Shown here: positions 18,146 through 28,000 of the stretch, piece by piece
Layout: each line of letters opens with the position of its first letter
Position numbering within the stretch: the stretch's first letter is position 1
Source: a candidate division WWE3 bacterium CG08_land_8_20_14_0_20_43_13
GTDB lineage: Bacteria > Patescibacteriota > WWE3 > PEYW01
Direction of reading: 5' to 3'
Length of the DNA stretch: 50,499 nucleotides
NCBI GenBank assembly: GCA_002774225.1
Contig: PEYW01000006.1
Span: 1-50,499 of the forward strand
Translations under genes and position numbers: made by a program
Notes under the pieces: model-generated
Databases searched by the model: none
Told to the model about the DNA's origin: nothing
Seen by the model: the letters and a program-made list of their open reading frames with translations, nothing else

Positions 18146-18709
18146 ATGGTTATGAGAAAAACTTTACAAAAAGGCTTTACCTTGATTGAGTTGCTTATCG
18201 TCATCGCCATCATTGGTCTATTAGCGGCGGTTGTTTTGATCGCCATTAACCCGGCGGAAATGATGAAGCGCGGTCGTGATAGCCAGAGATTGTCTGATGT
18301 GACTAATCTTAAGAAAGCGATTGATATATATGTGGCTACTAGTTACCAAATTCCTGCTACCTGTGTGGCTAGTACATTGTATGGCTGTGGTGCTGCAGCT
18401 TGTACTGATGCTCAAAGGTCTTCAGCGGGAACTGGTTGGGTACCAATTATCTTAACCCAGAATATTCCAACTTTGCCGGTCGATCCTTCCTCAGGTCAAA
18501 CAATAACATATACTGCGGCTGTTCCTGGTACAGCTACTGCTAACTACCGGCTTGCTTGTAGCCCAGCTAGTACTACTTTTGAGATAAATACTTATTTGGA
18601 ATCAACCACCAATACTAGTAAGATCTCTTCTGATGGCGGTAACTCCGCTATACTTTTTGAAACCGGTACCGACTTATTATTGTTGGACGGAAGTGGTGCA
18701 GCTGTATAG
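18146..18709 (+). CDS. Type IV pilin (probable major pilin, PilA/GspG-like)
   Basis: Prepilin signal is MRKTLQKG|FTLIELLIVIAIIGLLAAV, with G-1, F+1 and E+5. It is the first pilin gene after pilC and is followed by its own hairpin terminator. Confidence 0.85.
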   Translation: MVMRKTLQKGFTLIELLIVIAIIGLLAAVVLIAINPAEMMKRGRDSQRLSDVTNLKKAIDIYVATSYQIPATCVASTLYGCGAAACTDAQRSSAGTGWVPIILTQNIPTLPVDPSSGQTITYTAAVPGTATANYRLACSPASTTFEINTYLESTTNTSKISSDGGNSAILFETGTDLLLLDGSGAAV

Positions 18710-18738
18710 TTTATATTTAGCTCATCGGTCCAAATCCT

Positions 18739-18762
18739 AAAGCCCGCCGCAAGGCGGGCTTT
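18739..18762 (+). terminator. Hairpin AAAGCCCGCC-GCAA-GGCGGGCTTT downstream of the pilin gene
   Basis: 10-bp perfect stem. The T-tract is short (CTTT). Confidence 0.6.
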
Positions 18763-18789
18763 AAGATTACTTCGTTCTCGCCTTGATTA

Positions 18790-19596
18790 TTAGCAATAAT
18801 ATTTCTCGCTTATCAGTAGCAAGGTTTGCCCCGGCAGTTTTTTTAAAAGCAAAGATTCGCAGTTTATTAATATTGCCAAAATTGATTTTACCGCATACCA
18901 AATTTTGGCGGAGATTGTTTTTTTCCCCGCCAATTTGTTTTCTAAACTAAAAGAGCCATCCTTTTTTAATAAATTGAGAAGAATAAAGTAAATAATATTG
19001 CTTATTTGATACAGCAAGTGGTAGCTGTACCGGCTGTTCGTGATTCTAAATCCATTATTTTTTAGCAACGCCTCTACTTCTTTTTTGGTAAAATGCTGCT
19101 GGTGGCCAATAATCTTTTTAAGATCTAGTTTAAAGATTTTGTAAAGAATGCCGTGCAGGGTTAGCAGGCTTCCTTCCAGAGGAACGGCTAGGTATAAAAA
19201 CCCGCCTTTTTTTAATACGCGGCTAATTTCCCCAAGCGCCAAGTTTGGATCGTCCAAATGTTCCAACACATCCGTCAATAAAACTCCATCCCAGCTGTTT
19301 TCCTTAAAAGGCAGTTTGTAAGCATCGCCATACGAGAATATTACGCCCAGAGGCTGGTTTTTGGCTTTCTTAAGAGATATTTTGCTTATATCTACCCCAG
19401 TTAAGTTCCATAACGGCCGGTATTTTTTAAAAGCTTTGGTTACCACTCCCCCGCCGCAGCCAACCTCCAGCACATTAATTTTTTTGTTTTTAGGCAAATT
19501 CTTTAGGCCAAAGAGAAGGTGTGGATAGCGCAAATAACAGATTTTTAAAGTTAGCGGCGAACTGCCCCACACTCGTTGATTGTAGTTAACATTCAT
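18790..19596 (-). CDS. Class I SAM-dependent methyltransferase
   Basis: Motif I is VLEVGCGGGVVT. Post-I and motif II-like elements are DISKISL and DGVLLTDVLEHLDDP. It is the only minus-strand gene inside the pilus locus. Confidence 0.8.
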   Translation of the reverse strand: MNVNYNQRVWGSSPLTLKICYLRYPHLLFGLKNLPKNKKINVLEVGCGGGVVTKAFKKYRPLWNLTGVDISKISLKKAKNQPLGVIFSYGDAYKLPFKENSWDGVLLTDVLEHLDDPNLALGEISRVLKKGGFLYLAVPLEGSLLTLHGILYKIFKLDLKKIIGHQQHFTKKEVEALLKNNGFRITNSRYSYHLLYQISNIIYFILLNLLKKDGSFSLENKLAGKKTISAKIWYAVKSILAILINCESLLLKKLPGQTLLLISEKYYC

Positions 19597-19614
19597 AAAT
19601 GTTAATTTATAACT

Positions 19615-20592
19615 ATGGTTCCTCCTTTATTTTACATTGGTTTAGCTTTGTTTGGTTTGGCAGTTGGTTCATTTTTGAATGTAGTGATTGATCGTGTTCC
19701 TGCCGGTCGAAGTTTGCGCGGCCGTTCGGTCTGTGACTATTGCGGCAAAACGATTCCGGCAAAAAATTTGGTGCCGTTGCTGTCATTTGTCTTGCAGCGA
19801 GGAAAAAGCGCTTGCTGTCAAAAAAAGCTTTCTTGGCAATATCCGTTGGTGGAATTCTTAAGCGGCGCTCTCTTTGTTTTTGTTGGCTGGAAAACGGGGT
19901 TGGTAAATTATTTTGCTAACCTTGCTTTACTTGGCCATTCCAATGTTTCCACTGATTCCGCCGCTCAAATAAATTGGGCGTCCGCGGGGGCGTGGGAGCC
20001 GTATTTATACGGGCTAACGCTAGTGTTTTTTCTTTTTATTTGTTCCGCTCTTCTTGTTTTAATTTTTACTGATCTTAAATACCTTTTGTTGCCTAACAGT
20101 GTTGTTATTACGGCAATTATTGCTTCACTGTTATATCTTCTATCTACAAACGCCATTCGTTTTTTTGTTTTTTACCAGGGTTTAGCCACCGACAACAACT
20201 TTGTGGGTAAATACCTTCTTCATAATACCGACTTTTTTTGGCGGCAGGTGTGGCTGCAGGGGCAGGATTTTGTTTTCACTTTGGAGGGCAGTTTAATTGT
20301 GGCGCTGGTTTTTTTGGTTTTGATTTTAGTGACAAAAGGCCGCGGTATGGGTGGAGGCGATTTAAAAATGGCGATTTTGATTGGTTTGGTCTGCGGCTGG
20401 CCAAATATGTTGGTGGCTTTATTTCTTGGCTTTACTTTAGGATGTTTGGTTTCGTTAGTTCTTATGGCGCTGCGAATTTTAAAGTTTGGCGACCGCATTC
20501 CGCTTGGCCCTTTTTTAGCCATGGGTACTTTTGTTACTATGTTTTATGGAGAGCAAATTCTTGATTTTTATTACCGTATATTTATTCACTAA
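19615..20592 (+). CDS. pilD: Prepilin peptidase / N-methyltransferase PilD (peptidase A24)
   Basis: N-terminal FLNVVIDRVP...SVCDYCGKTIPAKNLVPLLSF...CCQKKLSWQYPLVE (Cys-rich DiS-P-DiS region). C-terminal GMGGGDLKM aspartyl motif. Multiple TM helices. Confidence 0.9.
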   Translation: MVPPLFYIGLALFGLAVGSFLNVVIDRVPAGRSLRGRSVCDYCGKTIPAKNLVPLLSFVLQRGKSACCQKKLSWQYPLVEFLSGALFVFVGWKTGLVNYFANLALLGHSNVSTDSAAQINWASAGAWEPYLYGLTLVFFLFICSALLVLIFTDLKYLLLPNSVVITAIIASLLYLLSTNAIRFFVFYQGLATDNNFVGKYLLHNTDFFWRQVWLQGQDFVFTLEGSLIVALVFLVLILVTKGRGMGGGDLKMAILIGLVCGWPNMLVALFLGFTLGCLVSLVLMALRILKFGDRIPLGPFLAMGTFVTMFYGEQILDFYYRIFIH

Positions 20593-20607
20593 TGTAATTT
20601 TTATTTT

Positions 20608-21066
20608 ATGTACCAATCAAAATCGCAGTTAAAGGAGAAGGGGTTTTCTCTAATTGAGTTACTAGTAGCAATAGCGATTATTGCTTTGCTTACTTCTATT
20701 GGCATGGTCTCTTTTTCTCGCGCTCAACAGAACAGCCGCGATACTAGGAGAAAAGCTGATTTGAGAAGTATTTCCTCGGCTTTGGAGCTTTTCTATGACG
20801 CGAGTAATGTTTACCCTACTGAAGCTAATTATGACGAAGTTCAACAAGGTCCAAGTCCTGGTATCTATCCTACTTATATAAAAACTATGCCTGATGATCC
20901 GGTAACTGGTCGTGATTACTTTTATATTAGTCGGGTAACTGGATATACTAATGAGCAGTGCTACTGCCTTTCTTCTCAAATGGAGATAAGTTCAAATGCC
21001 AGTACTGAATGCACGAAAGCTCCAGCTCATTCAGCTACCTACGCTTACACGATTAGCTGTCCTTAA
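20608..21066 (+). CDS. Prepilin-type (GspG-like) pseudopilin
   Basis: KG|FSLIELLVAIAIIALL followed by the ...RDTRRKADLRSISSALELFY motif, which is shared with the neighbouring paralogues. Confidence 0.8.
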   Translation: MYQSKSQLKEKGFSLIELLVAIAIIALLTSIGMVSFSRAQQNSRDTRRKADLRSISSALELFYDASNVYPTEANYDEVQQGPSPGIYPTYIKTMPDDPVTGRDYFYISRVTGYTNEQCYCLSSQMEISSNASTECTKAPAHSATYAYTISCP

Positions 21067-21069
21067 ATT

Positions 21070-21543
21070 ATGCTTACTAAGAAAATACTAAAAGGATTGA
21101 TAAAAAAAGATTCTCGGGGATTTACAATCGTGGAGATAATTGTGGTGGTAATGATCATTATGGTGCTAATAAGCATCGCTTCGGTGTCTCTTTCCGTTTC
21201 GCGGCGCAAGGCGCGCGACTCCAAAAGAGTACGCGATATTCAGTCAGTAGCGACCGCTCTTCAGGTTTATTATATGGAACTTGGCAGCTATCCTATTGGA
21301 GTTGCTAATTTTGCCGCTCTGTCTACGGTTTTGGCTAACTATATGCGCGAATTTCCCATCCCTCCTGCCGGCTCTACAAATATTTACGGTTACAGCAATG
21401 CTTGCGCTTCTACACCTAATCAGGGTTATCAGATGTGGGCAGATTTGGAAGGATCGGAATACCGAAACAGCGCCTGTGGTTGTTCTGGAAACAATTTTTG
21501 TATTTGTGAGGGTATCTGTACAGCAATGTCCGGCTCTTACTAG
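21070..21543 (+). CDS. Prepilin-type pseudopilin with a Cys-rich C-terminus
   Basis: RG|FTIVEIIVVVMIIMVL and ARDSKRVRDIQSVATALQVYY. C-terminal ACGCSGNNFCICEGIC. Confidence 0.8.
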   Translation: MLTKKILKGLIKKDSRGFTIVEIIVVVMIIMVLISIASVSLSVSRRKARDSKRVRDIQSVATALQVYYMELGSYPIGVANFAALSTVLANYMREFPIPPAGSTNIYGYSNACASTPNQGYQMWADLEGSEYRNSACGCSGNNFCICEGICTAMSGSY

Positions 21544-21559
21544 CTAGATTCGCATCTTT

Positions 21560-22141
21560 ATGACCACTGCTAAAAGGGAAGGTTTTACTCTGGTAGAGTT
21601 ATTAGTCGCTTGCACTGTCTCTTTGGTGGTCTTGGGAGTAGTCTTTGGGTTCTACAGCCGGTATCGCGCCCGCGCTCGCGATGAGAAGAGGAAGCAAGAT
21701 TTGCATTGGTTGGCAGATGCATTAGAGCTCTACTATTCAGATTATGGTTTGTACCCCAATACTGGCACATTAAGAAGTAGTGTTGAAGCTAGATGGTTGA
21801 CAGGAGTTCTTTACACTGCTCTAGATAACTATATCACTAGAAAAAATTTGCCAATTGATCCTTTAAATAATACTGGCGGTACTAGCGGTTATCGGTATTG
21901 GTATCAGGACTGTACTACTTCTGGTGCTAATTGTGATAATTGCATGGCTCTGGAATCAAAGCGTATCTGTGGTGTAATTTCTGGCTGCAGTGGGGCAGGA
22001 TCTGCTAGGCGTTTATATTTTCTAGCGGCAAAACTTGAAGCTCAATCTGGTTACTACTGTCTGGGCACGCCCGTATACTCCTGTAATACGTTTATAAATT
22101 GGGGTGGTTGCGTCAATCGCGATGATATGTCACCGCCGTAA
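21560..22141 (+). CDS. Prepilin-type pseudopilin, Cys-rich
   Basis: EG|FTLVELLVACTVSLVV and ARDEKRKQDLHWLADALELYY. There are many Cys residues in the globular part. Confidence 0.8.
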   Translation: MTTAKREGFTLVELLVACTVSLVVLGVVFGFYSRYRARARDEKRKQDLHWLADALELYYSDYGLYPNTGTLRSSVEARWLTGVLYTALDNYITRKNLPIDPLNNTGGTSGYRYWYQDCTTSGANCDNCMALESKRICGVISGCSGAGSARRLYFLAAKLEAQSGYYCLGTPVYSCNTFINWGGCVNRDDMSPP

Positions 22142-22147
22142 ATTATT

Positions 22148-22648
22148 ATGCGTATAAAAGATCAAAGTGGCATGACAATGTATGAAATCTTGGTGATAAT
22201 CGGTCTGTTGGGTATTTTCTCTGTCTATTCTGTTTGGCATGTAACCAATGTGGCGCATCGTCAGCGAGCCAAAGATTTAGTTCGGGTATCCGATTTGTCT
22301 CTAATCTCCGAAGCGTTGGAAGAGTATTACGCCGACTATCAAATTTTGCCCGGCACTGCCGGTCAAGTTTTTCAAAGCATCCTTACCACCGAGGGTCAAC
22401 CATGTGTTGACTGCCTTTCTCTTGAAAATGGTTGGCTGCCAAATCAATTGACTAATTATCTAGAAAAGTTTCCCGTTGATCCGGATAACCAGGATGGGCT
22501 AATCTATAGATACACTCACAACGGGTCTTCTTACTTGCTGGATTGTGTTCTTGAACTGCCGGCGAATGTGGAAAAAATGTCCAACGACGGTGGTCTATCT
22601 TCCGACCACTACGAGCTGGGTTCCGGGGTGGGGGTGTTGAGTTTTTAG
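22148..22648 (+). CDS. Prepilin-type pseudopilin (Met at +1)
   Basis: SG|MTMYEILVIIGLLGIF with E at +5. RAKDLVRVSDLSLISEALEEYY. Confidence 0.7.
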   Translation: MRIKDQSGMTMYEILVIIGLLGIFSVYSVWHVTNVAHRQRAKDLVRVSDLSLISEALEEYYADYQILPGTAGQVFQSILTTEGQPCVDCLSLENGWLPNQLTNYLEKFPVDPDNQDGLIYRYTHNGSSYLLDCVLELPANVEKMSNDGGLSSDHYELGSGVGVLSF

Positions 22649-22653
22649 ATTTT

Positions 22654-23160
22654 ATGCCCTGCTCAAATAGAGGTTTTACTTTAGTGGAGTTGCTAATAGC
22701 CATTGCGGTAGGAATGGTGTTGGCGGCGGCGGGTATTCCCTCTCTTAACTCATACCTTCGGCGCCAAACTCTTATACAGGCGGCGGAAAATCTTAAATCT
22801 GATTTACGAAGAGTGCAGACAATGGCGATTGGTGGGTCAAAGAGCACTCCGACTGCTACCCAATCTTCTTGTTGGGGGGTAAGGACTGGCGGCACTTGTC
22901 CGGCAAACAATTACTGTATGGCTTCTTACGGTATTGCTTCCCCTTGCGCGGTTGCTGATTATTCCCTTTATAAGCAGGTAAAGCTTGGTGATTCGCGCGT
23001 TGGCGTTTCTGCCGGAGAGGTTGTTTTTCAACGGCTTACTGGCTTTGTTTCTAGCGCGGTAACATTTACACTTAGTTTATCTGGCAGTACTTGTACTATT
23101 ACGGTTGATGTTAGCGCCACCGGTTCCGTAGCCGTTGGCAGTTTAACTGGATCATGCTAA
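22654..23160 (+). CDS. Minor pilin, GspH/FimT-like
   Basis: RG|FTLVELLIAIAVGMVLAAAGIPSLNSYLRRQTLIQAAENLKSDLRRVQTMAI. Confidence 0.7.
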   Translation: MPCSNRGFTLVELLIAIAVGMVLAAAGIPSLNSYLRRQTLIQAAENLKSDLRRVQTMAIGGSKSTPTATQSSCWGVRTGGTCPANNYCMASYGIASPCAVADYSLYKQVKLGDSRVGVSAGEVVFQRLTGFVSSAVTFTLSLSGSTCTITVDVSATGSVAVGSLTGSC

Positions 23161-23624
23161 TTAGTAAACTCTGTCCAAAATTAAAAGACTCAAGTGGCCA
23201 GTCACTCATTGAAGTTTTGATTGGCGTGGCGGTGGCAATGGTAGTGGTTTCTGCCTTGGTAGGTCTCGGAATTACCTCGCTAAGGCAGTCAACCTTGAAC
23301 AAAAACAAGCAACTGGCGCTTTCTCTGGCGAATTCCATCGCCGAGCAACTACGGCTTTATCGTGATAGCAACTCGGTGACTGATTTTCCAGACAGCGCTT
23401 CGGGCAATTGTTTGTCCTATGACGGAAGCAATGTAGTTTTGTGCGGCAGTTTTCTGGATTACCCGGGCAGCACTGTTTTTGATTACATGGTCTCCTCTGA
23501 ACCTCTGCCGGCGGGAGTTGCCTTGTCTTCGCGCCTTTTGATGATTCAAGTTAGGTTTGCGATTTCTTCCGGTTACGAAACGATTTCTATCTATTCCCTT
23601 TTGAGCAACTGGAATGAGCTTTAG
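23154..23624 (+). CDS. Minor pilin (PilV-like)
   Basis: SG|QSLIEVLIGVAVAMVVVSAL with E at +5. Its start overlaps the upstream stop (ATGCTAA). Confidence 0.65.
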   Translation: MLISKLCPKLKDSSGQSLIEVLIGVAVAMVVVSALVGLGITSLRQSTLNKNKQLALSLANSIAEQLRLYRDSNSVTDFPDSASGNCLSYDGSNVVLCGSFLDYPGSTVFDYMVSSEPLPAGVALSSRLLMIQVRFAISSGYETISIYSLLSNWNEL

Positions 23625-24162
23625 TTTTTTTATGGATGATCAAAAAGGCTTTACTCTAATGGAAATGCTAGTAGTCACCGCTATTCTAGCTTTGGTCGCG
23701 GGAGTGGCGATTTCTTTAATAACTAGCGTGATTCGCTCTTACCATAAATCTAATATTCTTAATCGTTTGCAGGAAACCGGGTCGCAGGTATTAGCTGTAA
23801 TAGAGGGAAGGGTACGCGGCGCTTCTCAAATAAATTGGGGTACATGTAATGGCAGCAGTAATCTAACAATCACATATGACAACCAACCGATTGTTTTTTC
23901 CTGTTCTTCTTGCGGCGTGGCCGAATCCAATGGATACATCGCCATGTCAGTTGACGGGGCCGCTAGCCAACCGCTTACCAGTAATAACGCTGCTTCTGGC
24001 GTTAATGTTTCTGTATTATCCTTTACCTGTGATAGCAGTACCGGCGAGGTGATTATAAATTTGAGTTTGGAACAGCCCACCGGTTTATCTGGCCGTCTAG
24101 AGAACAGAGCTAGTCTTAATTTTTCTAAAACGGTGGTTGCCCGTTCCACCTATTCAAACTAA
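23614..24162 (+). CDS. Minor pilin (PilW-like)
   Basis: KG|FTLMEMLVVTAILALVAGVAISL. It overlaps the upstream gene by 11 nt. Confidence 0.7.
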   Translation: MSFSFFMDDQKGFTLMEMLVVTAILALVAGVAISLITSVIRSYHKSNILNRLQETGSQVLAVIEGRVRGASQINWGTCNGSSNLTITYDNQPIVFSCSSCGVAESNGYIAMSVDGAASQPLTSNNAASGVNVSVLSFTCDSSTGEVIINLSLEQPTGLSGRLENRASLNFSKTVVARSTYSN

Positions 24163-24220
24163 TGCTGTTTATTTTTACTGTTGACTTGAGTATGCGGCGA
24201 GTCCATTATTTTATATATCT

Positions 24221-25042
24221 ATGAATTATTCTGCCCGCCTTAAAAAAATTATATACGACGAGTCTGGCCAATTCTTAGTCTATATTTTGGCGGCAATCGT
24301 GGTGGCGAGCGTGGTTACTTTTGGCGTGGCTTACCGTTCCCTTTCTTCTACCAAAAAGACCAGTGTTGACACCCGCTCCGCTCAAGCTCTGTATTCGGCG
24401 GAATCCTGCGCCGAAGTGGCGCTATCCTTAAGCGATGCCGAATTGGAAGATTTATCCGGAGACCCCGCCACCGAGCTGGATCTTACTGGTGATGGCGTTA
24501 ATGACTGTTCTTACGCTGTTTCTCTTGATGGAGGAACTAATTCACTAACTCCATTCACAATAGAAAAAGATGAGGTTAGAGAAATTGATCTTAATGGCTA
24601 TGGTACCGGTGACATCACTATAAGTTGGGATACCACGCCCGCCCAAGACGCAATTTTGGTTGTCCGCACCATTTCGCAAACTGGTGGAAACTACACCGTT
24701 GCTTCCTTGATTTATGATGGCAACGATACGGTTAGTTGCGGAACTTACGCGGTAGGCGCTTTTTCTGCGCCTGATCCTGGAAGCGGTGCTTACGCGCACT
24801 CTTTTACCTTTACTCCTGGAAATACTGCCAAATTGCTAAGAATTATGGCTTTGTGCACATCCACTACCGTTTTTGTTCAAGGTCAAAATAATTTTCCTGC
24901 TCAAGGTTACGTTATTAATGCTTCCGGCACCAATGCCGGCGCTATTCGGAAAATTCAGGTAGTACGCGGCCATCCGCAACTGCCCGCTATTTTTGACTAC
25001 GCTCTGTTTTCCAAGTCTGGTTCCGCTCCTTTGAGTAAATAG
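24221..25042 (+). CDS. PilX/GspK-like pilus protein (N-terminal TM, no E+5)
   Basis: SG|QFLVYILAAIVVASVVTFGVAY is a prepilin-like hydrophobic segment that lacks Glu at +5, as in PilX/GspK-type minor pilins. Its position is after the PilV/W-like genes. Confidence 0.5.
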   Translation: MNYSARLKKIIYDESGQFLVYILAAIVVASVVTFGVAYRSLSSTKKTSVDTRSAQALYSAESCAEVALSLSDAELEDLSGDPATELDLTGDGVNDCSYAVSLDGGTNSLTPFTIEKDEVREIDLNGYGTGDITISWDTTPAQDAILVVRTISQTGGNYTVASLIYDGNDTVSCGTYAVGAFSAPDPGSGAYAHSFTFTPGNTAKLLRIMALCTSTTVFVQGQNNFPAQGYVINASGTNAGAIRKIQVVRGHPQLPAIFDYALFSKSGSAPLSK

Positions 25043-25046
25043 TCTT

Positions 25047-28000
25047 ATGCCCAAGTTTATTCGCATACTAACCATCAGCGCCATCCTTCTAGGGGCGTAT
25101 TTGTTTATTTTTTCTGGGCGAGTAAAGGCTACCTGCGACGATCCTACCTGCCATTTAGTTCAAGATTTTGAAATCTGTAAGTCAAAATCTTCAACCAATA
25201 CTGGTTGTTATACCAACTATTTTGGGTACCATTGTTTAGAACAAAGGATTAGTCCTGTTCGGACCTGCGATTTGACGCCTTGGGGCTATCCAGGAGAAGA
25301 GGGATACGCTTTCTATGCTCCTTGCTGGTGGAATTCATGTGACACATGCTGTACCGATGGTAGCGGTCCAGAAACCAGTAATTTTAATGCCACGATTTAC
25401 GCTTCGAATACTGGTGCCCAGCGTTGGACAGAGAACTGCTACACAACATCAGGAAATCGTTGTCCTGCCACAAATACCTTTGGTTATAACGGTGTTTCCT
25501 TAAGCTGTTTGACAGCTGGTTGCTCTGTTTGGAGTGGTTGGGATTGTACCGACGGTGCCTGCGGTCACGCCAACCTGACAGGCGAGTCGGGAATAATAGA
25601 ATTGAGGCTGAATCGCAATCCGGCATATAATAGTTGCAAGTGGTATGTCACCCGTTTTGATTTAGGCAACGCTCCGAGTGGCGAGTCGGGTACTGATTGC
25701 ACTGCTGTGTTCAATCTGCCTGGTAATTCAGATTGGCAATCAGGGGTGCACTTTATGATGCAATCCTGTCGGTTTAAATCCTGCTCTTTTTCCAATGCCA
25801 GTGATAATAATATTTCTGACGGTATTAATGACTGGTGGTGCATCGCTAACGACTACCAGGGTTGCCAATTTTCCCGTTCTGGAACGCAGACAGTTAACGG
25901 CCAAGTCAATCCCGGTTTTTGGGAAGGCGCTATTCCCCGTGCTAATGAATCTTCCGTTTTATGGGGAGAAAGAGAGGTTTACGTTGATAACGTTAATAAT
26001 TATCAGATTGAAGCTAGGGTTAGAGTTGATGATCGGGCTGAAGTATTTGTTGAAAAAGTAGGCGCGCCTTTAGTTTCTGTTTCCGCCGCTAGCCCGGTCA
26101 ACCTCGATGCCTGTACTGCCTGCGCCGCCGGTGTTGGCTGTAACAGCAATTGCCAAGACGCTTGGGTGCGGTATCAAGTAACCTTGCCTCAAGACGGCGA
26201 CTATATCATGAATGTTAATCTCAAACATGATCGAGGATGCGAGAGTGACCAGCTTTTTTATCGCTTTTACTTTGGCAGTGATTTTTACACCTACTCTGCC
26301 ATTCGCGGCAACGATTCCTGGGAGTGGGCGATGATTGACATTGGGACCAGAACCGCCGGCACTCATAATTTTGGTTTTGCTCTAGGCCATGACTGCCCCG
26401 CGCCCGATCTAAATGCCTACGTATACAATACTACCATTCGTGGTATCTTGGTAAATGGCTTTACTTTTAATAGGTATATTCCCGAGATAAGCCCGCGTTG
26501 GAATACCACCGGCCCCAGCTGGAGCGGCAACTATGCCGGACAATGGACCAACTATGTTGATATCACCAGCCAGTTCCAAACCGGTTGGAATATTGTTCGG
26601 TTTATGGCGGAGGATACTTGGTCACCCTCGCGTTTTTTTGATTTTGACCTTAATGTGTCCGCTAATCCTGCTCCTGTCTGTACTACCAGCAATCCTCCAG
26701 GGACTTCCCCGCAAATTATTGCCGCTTGCGAGAGTCCCAACCCAATGTCGGTAAGCGGTACTGACAGCGATTTTGACGCCTTTGGCGGGGGGGAGTCAAT
26801 CGCTGTTAATTGGGGTGTAACATCAGGGACTTTTTTGCCCGGGAGCTGCGCTGGCGTAAGCGGCGCCTTTTCTTGCAGCAGTGTTGGTTGGACACCGCCG
26901 ACCGGGTTGACAGGCATTTTTAACAATACCTATCTTCACAACCCTTCGGTTACTGATTCTACCGCTAGAACTGATACCTGTCCGTCGATTGGTTTTACTG
27001 TAGTGAATAATCTTCCTTCCGCTAATTTGGGAGCAGCGGATCCGGTCAATATTTATTCCGGTCAGTTGATTAACAGCCTTGCCATTGCCGGTGTTCATCC
27101 CAGTCCTGATAGTGCCTGCGACTATCTTGACAATACAGTAGGTCCTGGTGTTACGCTCCTCAATATTACCTGTCTTGGTACTCCTACTGTTTACGACTTG
27201 GCGGCCAATTACTGCGGCCGCTCTGTTCTTAACGATACTTGTGACTTTTCATCATTTATTGCCCCCACTTTACCCGTCAATGTTGCTTACGCTGATTGTA
27301 CGGTTGCGGTGCGGGTGACCGATCAGTTTGGGGCGTCGCAGGCGGTAGTCCTGCCATTACCACTCCGTATTAACAACTTCGCCATGACTGTTTCCGGCAC
27401 TGTCTATGATAAAACTGTTGATGCTTGTACTGATGATAATTTCTTCATAGAAGGTGTTTCGGTAGTTCTTACTTCCCCTGGTGGTTGTATTGGTACCACA
27501 AGAACGGCAGCTGCAAATTCTTTGGGACAGTATTCGTTTTCTGGTGTCCCCTATTGTCCTGGCCTTAACTACACTCTTGCTTTGGATCTCACCGGGTCGT
27601 GGTCAAGCTTTAGCCACTCAGGTTGTCCCGGGCTTGATCCTGGCTATAATGTTCCTGCCGACGGACTTTCCAATTTGAATTTTGGAATAACTTATTTGCC
27701 GGCTAATGGTTGGTATCAGCTTGAAGGTGGGGGCAGTGTTTACTCACCTTGCGAAAGCGGCTTTTGTTCTGTCGGAGGTATTGGATTTGCCCCGCCTCTG
27801 GATGGCTACGGCTATAATTTTTATGGCTCATCGCAAAACCCAGTTAATTACATAGCGCAGTACGCCCCCTTTGATTCTTTGGTAATTTCCCAAGCTGCCT
27901 CTTTTAATTTTAATCCAATAAGTCAAGTGGGTGTCCCACCTTGGCTTGTTGAAGGTTACCAAAATGAGTCTTTTTTTGGTGTTTCTACATTCAGCAGTTT

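Noticed and set aside
20220-20564. Alternative-frame ORFs inside pilD (20238-20564 plus, 20220-20522 minus).
   Set aside because: The pilD frame carries the conserved GMGGGDLKM peptidase motif and TM helices. The alternatives are compositional artefacts.
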